Source of the DNA: Bacteroidales bacterium
GTDB taxonomy: Bacteria; Bacteroidota; Bacteroidia; Bacteroidales; PUMT01
Reading direction: 5' to 3'
Assembly (NCBI GenBank): GCA_007132715.1
Contig: SLOE01000050.1
Coordinates: 4,640 to 68,639 of the forward strand
DNA length: 64,000 nt
Both the position numbers and the translations under genes were made by a program. The notes under the pieces are model-generated. The model was not told the origin of the DNA. It was given only the letters and a program-made list of their open reading frames with translations, and did no database searches. Positions 17,822 to 29,636 of the stretch are shown piece after piece. The stretch's first letter is position 1, and every line of letters starts with the position of its first letter.

Positions 17822-18877
17822 TCAGAATATTCCGGTTAGTTTCTGGTTACGTATTACTATCCATATCACGACGGGAATGCCAATAAGCGCGGTTACCGAG
17901 TTTATCGGAAGGCTCCCTTCCATAGCAGGCAGCCTGGAGACAATGTCGCTGGCAAGCAATACAGCAGCGCCCGTGAGGGCGGTGGCCGGCAGCAGCACGG
18001 CGTGGTCGGCATTCCTGAACATCATGCGCGCGAGGTGGGGAACAGCAATCCCAATAAACGCAATTGGCCCGCAAAAGGCGGTTATCGTTCCTGCCAGAAG
18101 ACTGGTGCTGACGAATATGATGATCCTCGCTGCAGTAATGTTCACGCCCAGGCTCCGTGCATAGTTCTCGCCAAGCAGCATCGTGTTGAGCATCTTGACC
18201 GAAGCGCCCGCGATAAGCAGTCCCCCAACAACAGCGGGAACCATTATGGCCAGCTGGGGGCCGGTTACACCGCCAAGGCTGCCCATGGTCCATATCATGA
18301 ATGACCTGAGCATGGTTTCGGTGCTGAAATACTGCATGACACTCACAAGGGCTCCCGTTGCACTGCCGAACATAATACCCAGTATCAGTATGGTCATGAT
18401 ATCGCGTACTCTGAAGCTCACCAGGAGGATAAGGACAAGCACGGCACCCGATCCGGCCCACGCCGCAATCACCACCAGCCAGTCCCCTCCCGCTGATACC
18501 ATATAACCCGGGATCAGGGTAAGGCCCATTACCACGACCGCTACGCCCAGGCTTGCTCCGGCACTTATTCCCAGCACGTAGGGGCCTGCCAGGGGATTCC
18601 GGAAGACGGTCTGCATCAGCAGCCCGCTGACTGACAAGCCGGCTCCCGCTACCAGGGCGGTAATTGCTCTCGGCAGCCTCAGGTCAGTTACAATTATGTG
18701 CCATTCAGGCCTTGATGCCTCTCCGCCTGAAAGGATAATGAATATATCGGCTAAAGGTATCCTGACCGTACCGGTCAGGATGCCGGCAAGGAATAGCAGC
18801 AGCACTGATGCCGACAGGGTTACTATCAGGATGATGGTTTTGTTGTTTCGCCGGTCAGGGTCTGACGGGGTTGTCAT
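17822..18877 (-). CDS. Iron-siderophore/cobalamin ABC transporter permease (FecCD/BtuC family)
   Basis: 351-aa polytopic membrane ORF with RLPRAITALVAGAGLSVSGLLMQ, typical of the FecCD family. Confidence 0.92.
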   Translation of the reverse strand: MTTPSDPDRRNNKTIILIVTLSASVLLLFLAGILTGTVRIPLADIFIILSGGEASRPEWHIIVTDLRLPRAITALVAGAGLSVSGLLMQTVFRNPLAGPYVLGISAGASLGVAVVVMGLTLIPGYMVSAGGDWLVVIAAWAGSGAVLVLILLVSFRVRDIMTILILGIMFGSATGALVSVMQYFSTETMLRSFMIWTMGSLGGVTGPQLAIMVPAVVGGLLIAGASVKMLNTMLLGENYARSLGVNITAARIIIFVSTSLLAGTITAFCGPIAFIGIAVPHLARMMFRNADHAVLLPATALTGAAVLLASDIVSRLPAMEGSLPINSVTALIGIPVVIWIVIRNQKLTGIF

Positions 18878-18987
18878 CAGTTAATTTTTGTTTACAATGT
18901 TGGGTTTTTTGTGTTGATGCCAATTGATGAAAAGATCATGTTTGTTTGTTTGTGATATATTCATTTACCGTATGGTTAATGATCCGG

Positions 18988-20177
18988 TCATTCCAGTTTC
19001 CTGTAATAGACCTGCTCGTGGTCCGGTAAAAGTTTTCTGTGAAATATCGACACCAGGTCAGCCAGTATTATATGGGGATTTACGATACCTGATTCCCAGT
19101 AATCATTCCCTCCGTAACGGTTGGTCCGGGCATTGTTGTTGTATATGTTTCCCGCTGCCAGAGGAGGCAGGGATCCCAGTCTGCTGTCGGTTCTTAATAT
19201 ATCGCCGGCAGATTGCGCCGTACCTGTATTTATCCAATAATCAGCCTGCCGTCCCCTGCTGATCACACTCTCTATATCGACAGGAAAGTTTTCCCTTCCC
19301 CTGTTGTCTTCCCATAAATACCTGCCCCCCGCATCACTTACCAATGATGCGAAATGGGATCTCCCTCCGGGCACGAACCAGCTTCCCCTCCATGGCAGCC
19401 CGCTCATGACAACGGGTGCAGTCTCTGCAGTGGCTGCAATGTGAGCCAGCTCAGCATACCTGTTTTCTATCCCGGCAAAAATACTGTCGGCCATTTCCTG
19501 CCTGTTAAAAAGATGAGCAATGAACCGGATCCATCCGGCCTGTTCCAGGGGAGTTTTTTCCAGGTATTCGCCAACCATCACCACGTTCATACCCAGTTCC
19601 GATAACCTGCCCAGCCATGCCATTGAACCGGCACCCACCCCATACGCGAGTATTACATCGGGGTTCAGCTCCAGGATCTTTTCATAGTCCAGGTTGTTGT
19701 CATAGCCGATATCCGGCAGTTCGCCGTTATCAATACGGTCTCTCAGGACCTGGTTGTAAACCAGTCCCCCGCCCGAAACAGCCGAGATGGATGCTGTCTC
19801 ACCTAAAAGGTCGATCATTGCGATATGTGTTGTTGACATGCATATAACGGACCTTGCAGGTGTGCGTATAACCGTGCCGGCGGGTATGTCTGCGGGCAGT
19901 TCTTTGTCACGGTCTGCCAGGATGTAGGTGAATATCTCGCTGCGGGCTCCCTGCCACGGGTTGTAAACGGAGAGGACCCTGTATAGCCCGCGGTCCGTTA
20001 CTCTAAATCCCCCGGCACCGGAAATATCACTGCTGTCACCTGCCGGTGCATAACTCTCCACCGGAATACCTTCTCTGCCGACTGGTTCGCTGTTACCGGG
20101 ACCTTCGGGTGAAGCGCACGCCTTGAGGAAAATCAGCAAGGCTGCAGCCAGGCGGAAAATATGTGCAATGCTATCAA
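18988..20177 (-). CDS. Periplasmic/lipoprotein substrate-binding protein of the ABC importer (BtuF/FecB-like, class 8)
   Basis: The ORF is open to 20304 and overlaps the upstream protease gene. A lipoprotein signal (FRLAAALLIFLKAC) suggests a later start, possibly the TTG at 20177. The start is uncertain. The body resembles cobalamin/siderophore binding proteins (PDVILAY...). Confidence 0.8.
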
Positions 20178-20257
20178 GCTGTGCCTTTGGCGCTGAGCCG
20201 GCAATCAGCCCGACTGTGGCAGGTCGGATAAGTTCAGCCTTATTCGCAGTATATGTC

Positions 20258-22399
20258 TTATCTGATGATCTGTACCCTGGTAGCGATATGTTCATCTCCT
20301 CCAATTATCTTCAGAATATAGGTGCCCGGTGGATATCTCTCTACATTGAGAACTATACTTCCGGCACCGGCATCTATCTTTTCCCGGGTCACCAGGCTTC
20401 CGCCTGATGAATATAACTCAATATGCAGGTCGATGTCAAAAACCTGCTCTGATTCAATGACAAGGTAGGTGTTTGCAGGAACGGGATATACCCTGATCCC
20501 GGTTTCCGGCTGCCGGGGCAGGAAATTCGGACTGAGGGTGATAATATGTTGAACCGTATCGGCACAGGCCCTGTTTCTGACCACCTGGCTGACAGTGTAC
20601 TGACCTGTTTGGGAATAGGTGTGTGCCGGCTCCTGCCGGGTGCTGGTCCGCCTGTCACCAAACTCCCAGTAGTAGGAGGCGGCATTCTCGGAAAGGTCCA
20701 GGAACGCAACCTCCAGTCCGTCCTGCGAATAGTTAAAGCCTGCACGGGGGATGTTCGTTGCGTTTACAGCCACCTCTATCTCAGTTTCCTTCTCATCAAT
20801 TTCTTCGGCCAATGCAACTGCAAGTTTAACCTTGCGTTTCCCTCCCTGATTGTAGGTTACAAAATGTGGTCCCCTGCTATCTGCCGTACGTGGTGATGCT
20901 CCGGTTCCGAAATCCCAGGCCCAGGTTTCGGGATTGCCGGTGGAAAAATCGGTAAAAACCACCCTGTCACCCTGGCATATCTCAGTGGTGTTGACCGTGA
21001 AGCGTGCTGACAGCTCTTCTTCTCCCCAGGGGTTCAGTCCCCCGACAATAACTGCATCTGTGCTGTCGGGGTCTAGCCAGGGCTGCAACCGGCTGTCCGT
21101 ACCTTCATACCTGTCCCATGCCAGCGAAAACTTGCAGTAAAAATCATCTACCGCATCTCCGCAGCGCGCATCACCGCCTGTCAGCAACCCCATCAGGGAG
21201 CCGTTCCGGTCGAACAGGGGGCTGCCTGAGGAGCCTCCCTCTGTGGTGCCGAGGTCCCATCGCCCTATGTGCCAGTGCCCGTTGGCTGTGTATCCACTCC
21301 CAAAAGTGGCGGTTACCGGCTGTTCAACAGATACGGCTATCTTTTTTACATCGCCGTTGGGGTGGTGAATTGATGTCACCGGAGCTGCAGGCGGATCGGG
21401 CGACCTGCTCCATCCGGCATACCAGGCATTGTAGGATTTAGGGGGTTTTTCATTTAACCTGACCAGCGTGAAGTCCAGGTTCTGCTGGGTGGCAAGCAGT
21501 TCTGACCCTGAAAGGCTCTGGTTTAGGGGACCGTCACTCCCGTTGCAGAAAGGACTCTCGTAACCGAAAAGGAAAACGGTGTTTGCGGCCCTGATGCTGT
21601 TATCAATGCAGTGATTTGCAGTGAGCAGGTAGGGAATGCCGTCATTGGCGCTGTTATTGACCAGAACACCTGTACAGAGCTGTATACCGTTTATTACAAG
21701 CCTGGCAACGGCATTTTTTTCAGTCTGTAGGTTGTCTCCAGTGGGACAGTTTATATCTATGTTGCATTTTCCCGAGAACCCGAACCTGCTGCTCTTAAGG
21801 TTATGTATGCCGATAAAATCATGGGCTACGGTTCCGATCTCCAGCTCCCCGTAATGGGTAGTTCCTTTTTGCATTTGCATCTCCACGATAATACGGTCAC
21901 CTTCCACGGGTGAAACTGCAAGAGTTCCGCGCAGCTGGTTATTCCGGTAGTCAAATGCACCCAGTACCTGGTTAAGCGAGGGAGAGTAAAGGAAAACAGA
22001 GGCTCCTTCAGCGAGGGTGAACCGGCTGAAAATAATGTTCAGTGAGTATGCGCCGGCTGACCTGATTGAGACCCTCCAGACCCTTCGTCCATCTGCAAGC
22101 TCCTCCCAAATCCCGTCTTTCAGGGGATCTATGCTCACCGAAAAAGGTTTTGCAAAAACAAGGGGTTTCAGTCCGTTATTATTATCCGGCTCCATATCGG
22201 AGATATACCGGGAAACGTCGAAGGCGGGCATCTCTATAACCGGCAGCCTGCCGGGGGACCTGAGGAGGGCGGCGGCGGGCTCTCCTCCATGGCTTATCTG
22301 CGTTGCAGCATCATAAACCGGCAGACAGGCAAGGATCACCACAACCAGCAATCTGACCGGCAGTGTGCAATGATATTTTCTCTTGCCCCGTTCTGTCAT
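20258..22399 (-). CDS. Secreted S1-family (lysyl-endopeptidase/trypsin-like) serine protease with two PKD domains and a T9SS C-terminal sorting domain
   Basis: LTANHC (His), GGSSGSPLF (Ser), two PKD-like repeats (WAWDFGTG..., YYWEFGD...) and a C-terminal tail VYPVPANTYLVIE...GTYILKI typical of a type A T9SS CTD. The ORF is open to 22450. The signal peptide favours the ATG at 22399. Confidence 0.85.
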   Translation of the reverse strand: MTERGKRKYHCTLPVRLLVVVILACLPVYDAATQISHGGEPAAALLRSPGRLPVIEMPAFDVSRYISDMEPDNNNGLKPLVFAKPFSVSIDPLKDGIWEELADGRRVWRVSIRSAGAYSLNIIFSRFTLAEGASVFLYSPSLNQVLGAFDYRNNQLRGTLAVSPVEGDRIIVEMQMQKGTTHYGELEIGTVAHDFIGIHNLKSSRFGFSGKCNIDINCPTGDNLQTEKNAVARLVINGIQLCTGVLVNNSANDGIPYLLTANHCIDNSIRAANTVFLFGYESPFCNGSDGPLNQSLSGSELLATQQNLDFTLVRLNEKPPKSYNAWYAGWSRSPDPPAAPVTSIHHPNGDVKKIAVSVEQPVTATFGSGYTANGHWHIGRWDLGTTEGGSSGSPLFDRNGSLMGLLTGGDARCGDAVDDFYCKFSLAWDRYEGTDSRLQPWLDPDSTDAVIVGGLNPWGEEELSARFTVNTTEICQGDRVVFTDFSTGNPETWAWDFGTGASPRTADSRGPHFVTYNQGGKRKVKLAVALAEEIDEKETEIEVAVNATNIPRAGFNYSQDGLEVAFLDLSENAASYYWEFGDRRTSTRQEPAHTYSQTGQYTVSQVVRNRACADTVQHIITLSPNFLPRQPETGIRVYPVPANTYLVIESEQVFDIDLHIELYSSGGSLVTREKIDAGAGSIVLNVERYPPGTYILKIIGGDEHIATRVQIIR

Positions 22400-22494
22400 T
22401 TTCCAAAAGTACATGATTTTTGCATCATTTGAATATCCCATGAACGTCAAACCTTGCGTGCCAAATCGACGAGACGAGATAAGTTCTTCCCGTC

Positions 22495-23574
22495 CTAGCG
22501 TTGCCCGAAAGCCATAACCCGTGGCGCAATGCCCGTATTATATGTTTCTTCCTGATCATCGTCATTAAAAATATGCAGTTTCCCCGGTGAAGTATAATCA
22601 GTGATCTCAAGGGTGAAAAAACGGCCGGTTGAGGGGCATGTTGCTGCATAGGAGAAATTCTCCGGCAACATGGGTTCAGATGGCTGAACCTGACTGTCAA
22701 TACTCATTGAATATACGCCTCCAGCTTCTCCGTAATAGAGAGTTCCTCCGTCAGCAGAAACTGAGAGCCATGAGGGGTTGAAACCGTCACCTGTAGTTCC
22801 GATCACCACGCTGCGGTCCGCCTTCAAAGTCACCGGATTGATTCGTACAAGCCTGGAATCGGTCTCTTCAATTATTTCCGTCCAGGTCTCATTGTACACC
22901 ACCTTGCCCCTTGAAAGGACCCAGACGTTATTGTCGCGGTCGGTTACAAGCGCTACAGGGATATCGCCGGCCTCAACGGTGGCAACCACCTCATTACTGC
23001 GGGTGTCGATTACCGACACCGTGTTGTCGAATGCCCAGCCTCCACTGTTGGCAACATACAGGTGGTTGCCGGCCACCACCATCTGTTCCGGCCCCATTCC
23101 GACATCGATGGTATCGGTAATTATTCCGCTTTCCAGCTCAATACTGTATACGTGACCGTCAAGGTTGCCGTTTGAAAGGTAGCCGGATCCCTTCCCTGTA
23201 TAAGCGAAATACCTTGGATATGTAAAACCTGTTATGGTAGAAATCGATTCAAAGGTTACCAGGTCAACCACTTCGATCTTCTGCGAGTTGTTGGCCACTA
23301 TTACTCCAAGATCTCCGGCCAGGGTAAAGGATTGTACCACATCGCCGGCAGGCCGGCCGTTGACATGTTCAAAGAGGTTGTTCACGACTATGTTGGAGTC
23401 GGGGTCGTACCAGCTTATAGAGCCGTTGCTGGCGTTGAAGGCCCCTTCACAGGCTATGAATACTCCCCTTGCATAGCCTTCCCGCCGGGGGGTATCATCC
23501 TCTTTTTCACACGAGATAAAAAATATCGTACCTGCAGCTAACATGAAATTTAGCATTGTTTTTCTGAGATCCAT
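22495..23574 (-). CDS. Surface lipoprotein, YncE-like beta-propeller (possible corrinoid-capture accessory protein)
   Basis: Lipoprotein signal (FFISCEKEDD). The protein has repeated beta-strand blades (VANNSQKIEVVD, LYVANSGG, VSVIDTRSNEV). It lies immediately downstream of the riboswitch-controlled TonB-dependent receptor. Confidence 0.65.
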   Translation of the reverse strand: MDLRKTMLNFMLAAGTIFFISCEKEDDTPRREGYARGVFIACEGAFNASNGSISWYDPDSNIVVNNLFEHVNGRPAGDVVQSFTLAGDLGVIVANNSQKIEVVDLVTFESISTITGFTYPRYFAYTGKGSGYLSNGNLDGHVYSIELESGIITDTIDVGMGPEQMVVAGNHLYVANSGGWAFDNTVSVIDTRSNEVVATVEAGDIPVALVTDRDNNVWVLSRGKVVYNETWTEIIEETDSRLVRINPVTLKADRSVVIGTTGDGFNPSWLSVSADGGTLYYGEAGGVYSMSIDSQVQPSEPMLPENFSYAATCPSTGRFFTLEITDYTSPGKLHIFNDDDQEETYNTGIAPRVMAFGQR

Positions 23575-23668
23575 CTTTTAAGTTTATTCATTGAAACGGT
23601 GATTAATGTGAGAATAAGTATTGCGATCATTTGCCCCCATGCAGTGCCAATAGTTATATCTGTTTTTT

Positions 23669-25729
23669 TCAGTCTGCATCGTTGTAGCCAAGTGTAAATC
23701 CAAGGTGGAAAGTGCGTCCCGGCATCGCATAGGATCTGATCACCTGGTACTGTTCATTGAAAAGGTTCATCACCCTGAGCTGAACCATTCCTGAAATACC
23801 CCAAAGCTTCACATTGTATCCTCCCCATGCGTTAAAAACCCTGAATGGCGGCATCATGTGCAGGGGATTGTTGTCACTTGTCGTGTGCCTGCTGCCAGTG
23901 TAGTTGGCGGTGATTCCGAGATAGCCTTTTCCTGAACCGGCATTGAGGCTTATTGAGCCGCTGTGCGGAGGCACGTACCTGAGGTGTTTCGGACTGTTTT
24001 CGCTGTTTTCCGGATGAAGGCTTTCCACCAGTGACTTTGCATAGTTATAGCCGGCCCTGACGCCGTAGTGCAGATCACCTGTACTTCCGCCGGCTGACAC
24101 CGAAGCTTCCAGACCTCTGACATTAACCAGATCCCGGTTCTCCGGGTACCACCAGCTGTTATTGCCGCTGGGTACCCATTGTATCATGTTTTTTAACCGT
24201 GACCTGTATATGCCTGTTTCAGCCTTAAGGTGCAGGTGCTGACTGCTGAGAAGCACCGCCGACAGACCCACATCGGCAGAATATCCTGTTTCGGGAAGGA
24301 GGTCCGGGTTCCCGCCCGGATACCAGTATTTGTCATTGAAAGTGGGAACCCTGAACTGGTCTGAGTAGCTTGCAATAACCGAAAGCCAGCCGGGAGGCAG
24401 CCTGTACCTGGCGCCTGCAGAAAGAAGAACCGGTATATCGATACCGGGGTGATACTCCTTTCTTGCCGAGGTGTTGACAGTCAGTGCCGGCAGGGCCAGC
24501 TTGAGAGCGGTGACCGCTGCTGTCCTGTACTCGGCCGGTTGCCTGACATAATTTTCCGCCCCGGCTGAAAGTGCCGAGAAGATGACACCGCCATCGACCG
24601 ACAGATGATCTGTCAACCATACACGGTAGCTTGCATCACCCATATAACGCCTGGTTGTTATCTCTGAGACAGGACCAGCGATGCCGGAAGCGTTCCGGCT
24701 GCCGTTATCCCAGACCATGGTCTCGTCAAATATTGCCGTATTGACTGAAAGAACGGACCTGTGCCATATTTTTGACCATTTTGCGTATCCCCTGACTGAA
24801 TTGTCGCCCTGCACGGCACTGGCAGGAAGGTATGAACCCATAATTGCCGGAAGCTGTTTCTCCCGCACCTGGTACCACAGGCCTGCTTCAATAATGTTGC
24901 CGCGGGGCAGTCTCAGAAACAGGTTCTGTATGGTACCCCTGTTGTCGAGTGCATTATTGGCAATGGTTTCGCGGGGATTGCCCGGTTTGTAAATATCTGT
25001 GTAGCGGAAATCGTTTACAGCCTGGTGTGAGAATATGTTAAGGTGATATTGTACCCGGGGACTGCCAAATCTGCCGGCTACCGAATAGTGGCGGTTGTCA
25101 TATGAGCCCAGTTCACTCCTTACCTCTGTCCGCACCCTGTTGTTCCAGTCCGCCCTGTTCCCCAACAGGATCGCTCCACCGGTATTACCGCTGCCGGCAA
25201 TGCTCCCGGCAGCACCGTATACCACTTTGATTTCGTCGGCGGCCGAAACCGGCACCAGGGATAGGTCTGCCATGCCAAGGGTAAGGGAATTGAGTACGAA
25301 ACCGTTCCAGGATATGGCGGACTGGTATGAGTTTGTGCCGCGCAGGAACAGGGAGGCTGCTGAACCCGAGCTTCCGGGGGTATTTATATAGGCCGTGGTG
25401 AATGCCGGCAACAATGTGCCTAGATCGCTGCCTGTGAGTGCACGCGTTGAAATGGAGTCGGGTTCGGCTGACCTTTTGTCCTCATGAAAGAATGAACTGC
25501 GGTGCTCTTCTATAATAACCTCGTTAATATGAAGCAGCATGAGGCTGTCGGCGCCGGCCGCTGTACTCTTGGATACTTCTTTAATTTCCGGGACATCTGT
25601 TTCCGGGACACCTGTTGCCGGAATACCGTATGCCGGATTGCCTGGTACAGGCAATGAGATGATCATAAATATGCAAAAAGAGAATAACGTGGTTTTCAAA
25701 CCGGAAAAATTATGTTTAACCCCGAACAT
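23669..25729 (-). CDS. TonB-dependent outer-membrane receptor, BtuB-like
   Basis: Plug-domain motif LFLRGTNSYQSAISWNGFVLNS, a beta-barrel with a terminal aromatic-rich strand, and a cobalamin riboswitch directly upstream. Confidence 0.9.
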   Translation of the reverse strand: MFGVKHNFSGLKTTLFSFCIFMIISLPVPGNPAYGIPATGVPETDVPEIKEVSKSTAAGADSLMLLHINEVIIEEHRSSFFHEDKRSAEPDSISTRALTGSDLGTLLPAFTTAYINTPGSSGSAASLFLRGTNSYQSAISWNGFVLNSLTLGMADLSLVPVSAADEIKVVYGAAGSIAGSGNTGGAILLGNRADWNNRVRTEVRSELGSYDNRHYSVAGRFGSPRVQYHLNIFSHQAVNDFRYTDIYKPGNPRETIANNALDNRGTIQNLFLRLPRGNIIEAGLWYQVREKQLPAIMGSYLPASAVQGDNSVRGYAKWSKIWHRSVLSVNTAIFDETMVWDNGSRNASGIAGPVSEITTRRYMGDASYRVWLTDHLSVDGGVIFSALSAGAENYVRQPAEYRTAAVTALKLALPALTVNTSARKEYHPGIDIPVLLSAGARYRLPPGWLSVIASYSDQFRVPTFNDKYWYPGGNPDLLPETGYSADVGLSAVLLSSQHLHLKAETGIYRSRLKNMIQWVPSGNNSWWYPENRDLVNVRGLEASVSAGGSTGDLHYGVRAGYNYAKSLVESLHPENSENSPKHLRYVPPHSGSISLNAGSGKGYLGITANYTGSRHTTSDNNPLHMMPPFRVFNAWGGYNVKLWGISGMVQLRVMNLFNEQYQVIRSYAMPGRTFHLGFTLGYNDAD

Positions 25730-25740
25730 CTGTAACAGGA

Positions 25741-25930
25741 TCTGGCAGGTCTTCTGACTTACTCCCCTTCAGGACGCCTTCCCATTGCCGTAAACGGCAA
25801 CAGTGGCAAGAATGCCCTGAAGGATTGACGGAGATTACAGCAGCGGGTACTGTCCGGGATTCTCACCCGGTTCCCTTTTCATCCCGTTTGCAGGAAGTTG
25901 CAAGCAGGAACCAATCCTGATGCAAATATA
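25741..25930 (-). promoter_or_regulatory. Cobalamin (adenosylcobalamin-type) riboswitch
   Basis: The minus-strand sequence contains GGUUCC...AAAAGGGAACCGGGUGAGAAUCCCGGACAGUACCCGCUGCUGUAA...GCCACUG...GGGAAGGCG...AGUCAGAAGACCUGCC (B12 box). It ends about 12 nt before the receptor ATG at 25729. Confidence 0.9.
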
Positions 25931-26032
25931 GCCATTTTTTCATACACGTTCCGGGAGAGGTCTCTTTTCCTTATTTTACTTATCAACATCAGGGGGCCAT
26001 ATCTGTTAATTTTATAAATTTACCTTCTCTAA

Positions 26033-28060
<2,028 letters not shown>

Positions 28061-28138
28061 GGTTTTTCAATTTTGCAGATGTAGCCCGCATATTTTTTGT
28101 TATTATTGTGTTTTAATACCGAATAAAGCAATCTGAAA

Positions 28139-28690
28139 GTGTTTTTGGAAAGAATAAGGAAAAGAACAGGTGTTTTTCTGCTTGGAAGGAAGCTCAGGAA
28201 GCTGAAGCGCAACAAACAGTTTGTCAACCTGGCCGACGCCGGTAATGTTGGAATACTGTTTCAGCCGGCGGCAACCGGAAGCTTTGATGCCGTTCATGAA
28301 TTTGTGCGAAGGCTCGAGGGAGAAGGAAAGAAGGTTTTTGTGCTCGGTTATGTGGACGGTGAAAAGGTACCCGACCAACTGCTGCTGAGGAAAAGCTACC
28401 AGTTCTTCTGCCGCAGTGACCTCAACTGGCACTTCAGGCCCGAACCGGAGTTTGTAAACGAATTTATTGAGAGGGAGGTTGATATCCTTATGAACCTGAG
28501 TTTTGACGATATCTTCCCACTGGAGTACGTTCATGCTCTTTCAAGGGCAAGGTTCAAGACCGGAAGGTTCAGGGAAAACAACGACAGGACAGACCTGTCT
28601 ATCGATGTCCGCAACAACAGGGACACTGGATATCTTATTGAGCAGATAACCCATTATCTGCAGATAATTAACAGGAAACAAGAATATTAG
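28139..28690 (+). CDS. Hypothetical protein (conserved-looking, function unknown)
   Basis: 183-aa ORF with a GTG start that ends 3 nt before dapA. I recognised no motif. Confidence 0.5.
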   Translation: MFLERIRKRTGVFLLGRKLRKLKRNKQFVNLADAGNVGILFQPAATGSFDAVHEFVRRLEGEGKKVFVLGYVDGEKVPDQLLLRKSYQFFCRSDLNWHFRPEPEFVNEFIEREVDILMNLSFDDIFPLEYVHALSRARFKTGRFRENNDRTDLSIDVRNNRDTGYLIEQITHYLQIINRKQEY

Positions 28691-28693
28691 ATT

Positions 28694-29611
28694 ATGTCGA
28701 AGAAATTATTTCAGGGAACAGGGGTGGCTGTTGTTACTCCTTTCAGGGATGACGAAAGCATCGATTTTGCATCGATGGGAAAAGTAATTGAACACCTCAT
28801 TGAAGGAAAAGTGGAATACATTGTGGCACTGGGTACTACCGGCGAATCGGTGACCCTGAACCAGGATGAGAAAGCTGCTGTGATAAATTTTGTGCTTGAA
28901 AAGGTCAATAACCGGGTTCCAGTGGTTATGGGTGTCGGCGGCAACAACACCCATGAAGTGGTAAGTGCCGTACAGTCCGTTTGCGATGAGAACCTGCCGC
29001 TGGCCGGCATCCTCTCTGTTTCACCCTATTACAACAAGCCCACCCAGGAGGGTATTTATCTCCATTATAAAAAGGTTGCCACCGCCTCAAGTCTCCCGGT
29101 TATCATTTACAACGTTCCCGGCCGCACGGGCCAGAACATTACGGATGAAACCACTGTCAGGCTGGCCCGGGATTGCAGGAACATAGTCGCCACCAAGGAA
29201 GCTTCCGGAGATCTCAACCAGATCAATTACATACTTAAGAACAAACCAAAGGATTTCATGGTGATATCGGGCGATGACCAGCTCACCCTGCCCATGATAG
29301 CCCTCGGTGCATCAGGTGTCATTTCGGTTTCTGCCAATGCATTCCCTTTTGAATTTTCAGAAATGGTAAGGCTTGCACTGAAAGGAAAGTTCAGGAAGGC
29401 ACAGGCATACCAGAATGCCTTGCTTGATCTGATGAACGCACATTTCGTTGAGGGAAATCCAGCAGGTGTGAAAGCCAGCCTGAACATCAGAAAACTGATT
29501 CATAACAACCTCAGGATGCCCCTGTGCAAGGTTTCCACACCAACCTACAACAAGATCAGGTCACTTATCGAGGAGCTGGATGGTATCAAGAAGAGCCTGT
29601 CCGCCGGCTGA
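28694..29611 (+). CDS. dapA: 4-hydroxy-tetrahydrodipicolinate synthase
   Basis: 305-aa ORF with GTGVAVVTPF, GTTGES, IIYNVPGRTG and ATKEASG (Schiff-base lysine). Confidence 0.95.
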   Translation: MSKKLFQGTGVAVVTPFRDDESIDFASMGKVIEHLIEGKVEYIVALGTTGESVTLNQDEKAAVINFVLEKVNNRVPVVMGVGGNNTHEVVSAVQSVCDENLPLAGILSVSPYYNKPTQEGIYLHYKKVATASSLPVIIYNVPGRTGQNITDETTVRLARDCRNIVATKEASGDLNQINYILKNKPKDFMVISGDDQLTLPMIALGASGVISVSANAFPFEFSEMVRLALKGKFRKAQAYQNALLDLMNAHFVEGNPAGVKASLNIRKLIHNNLRMPLCKVSTPTYNKIRSLIEELDGIKKSLSAG

Positions 29612-29636
29612 TGACCGGCAACAGGCCCCTCAGTTT

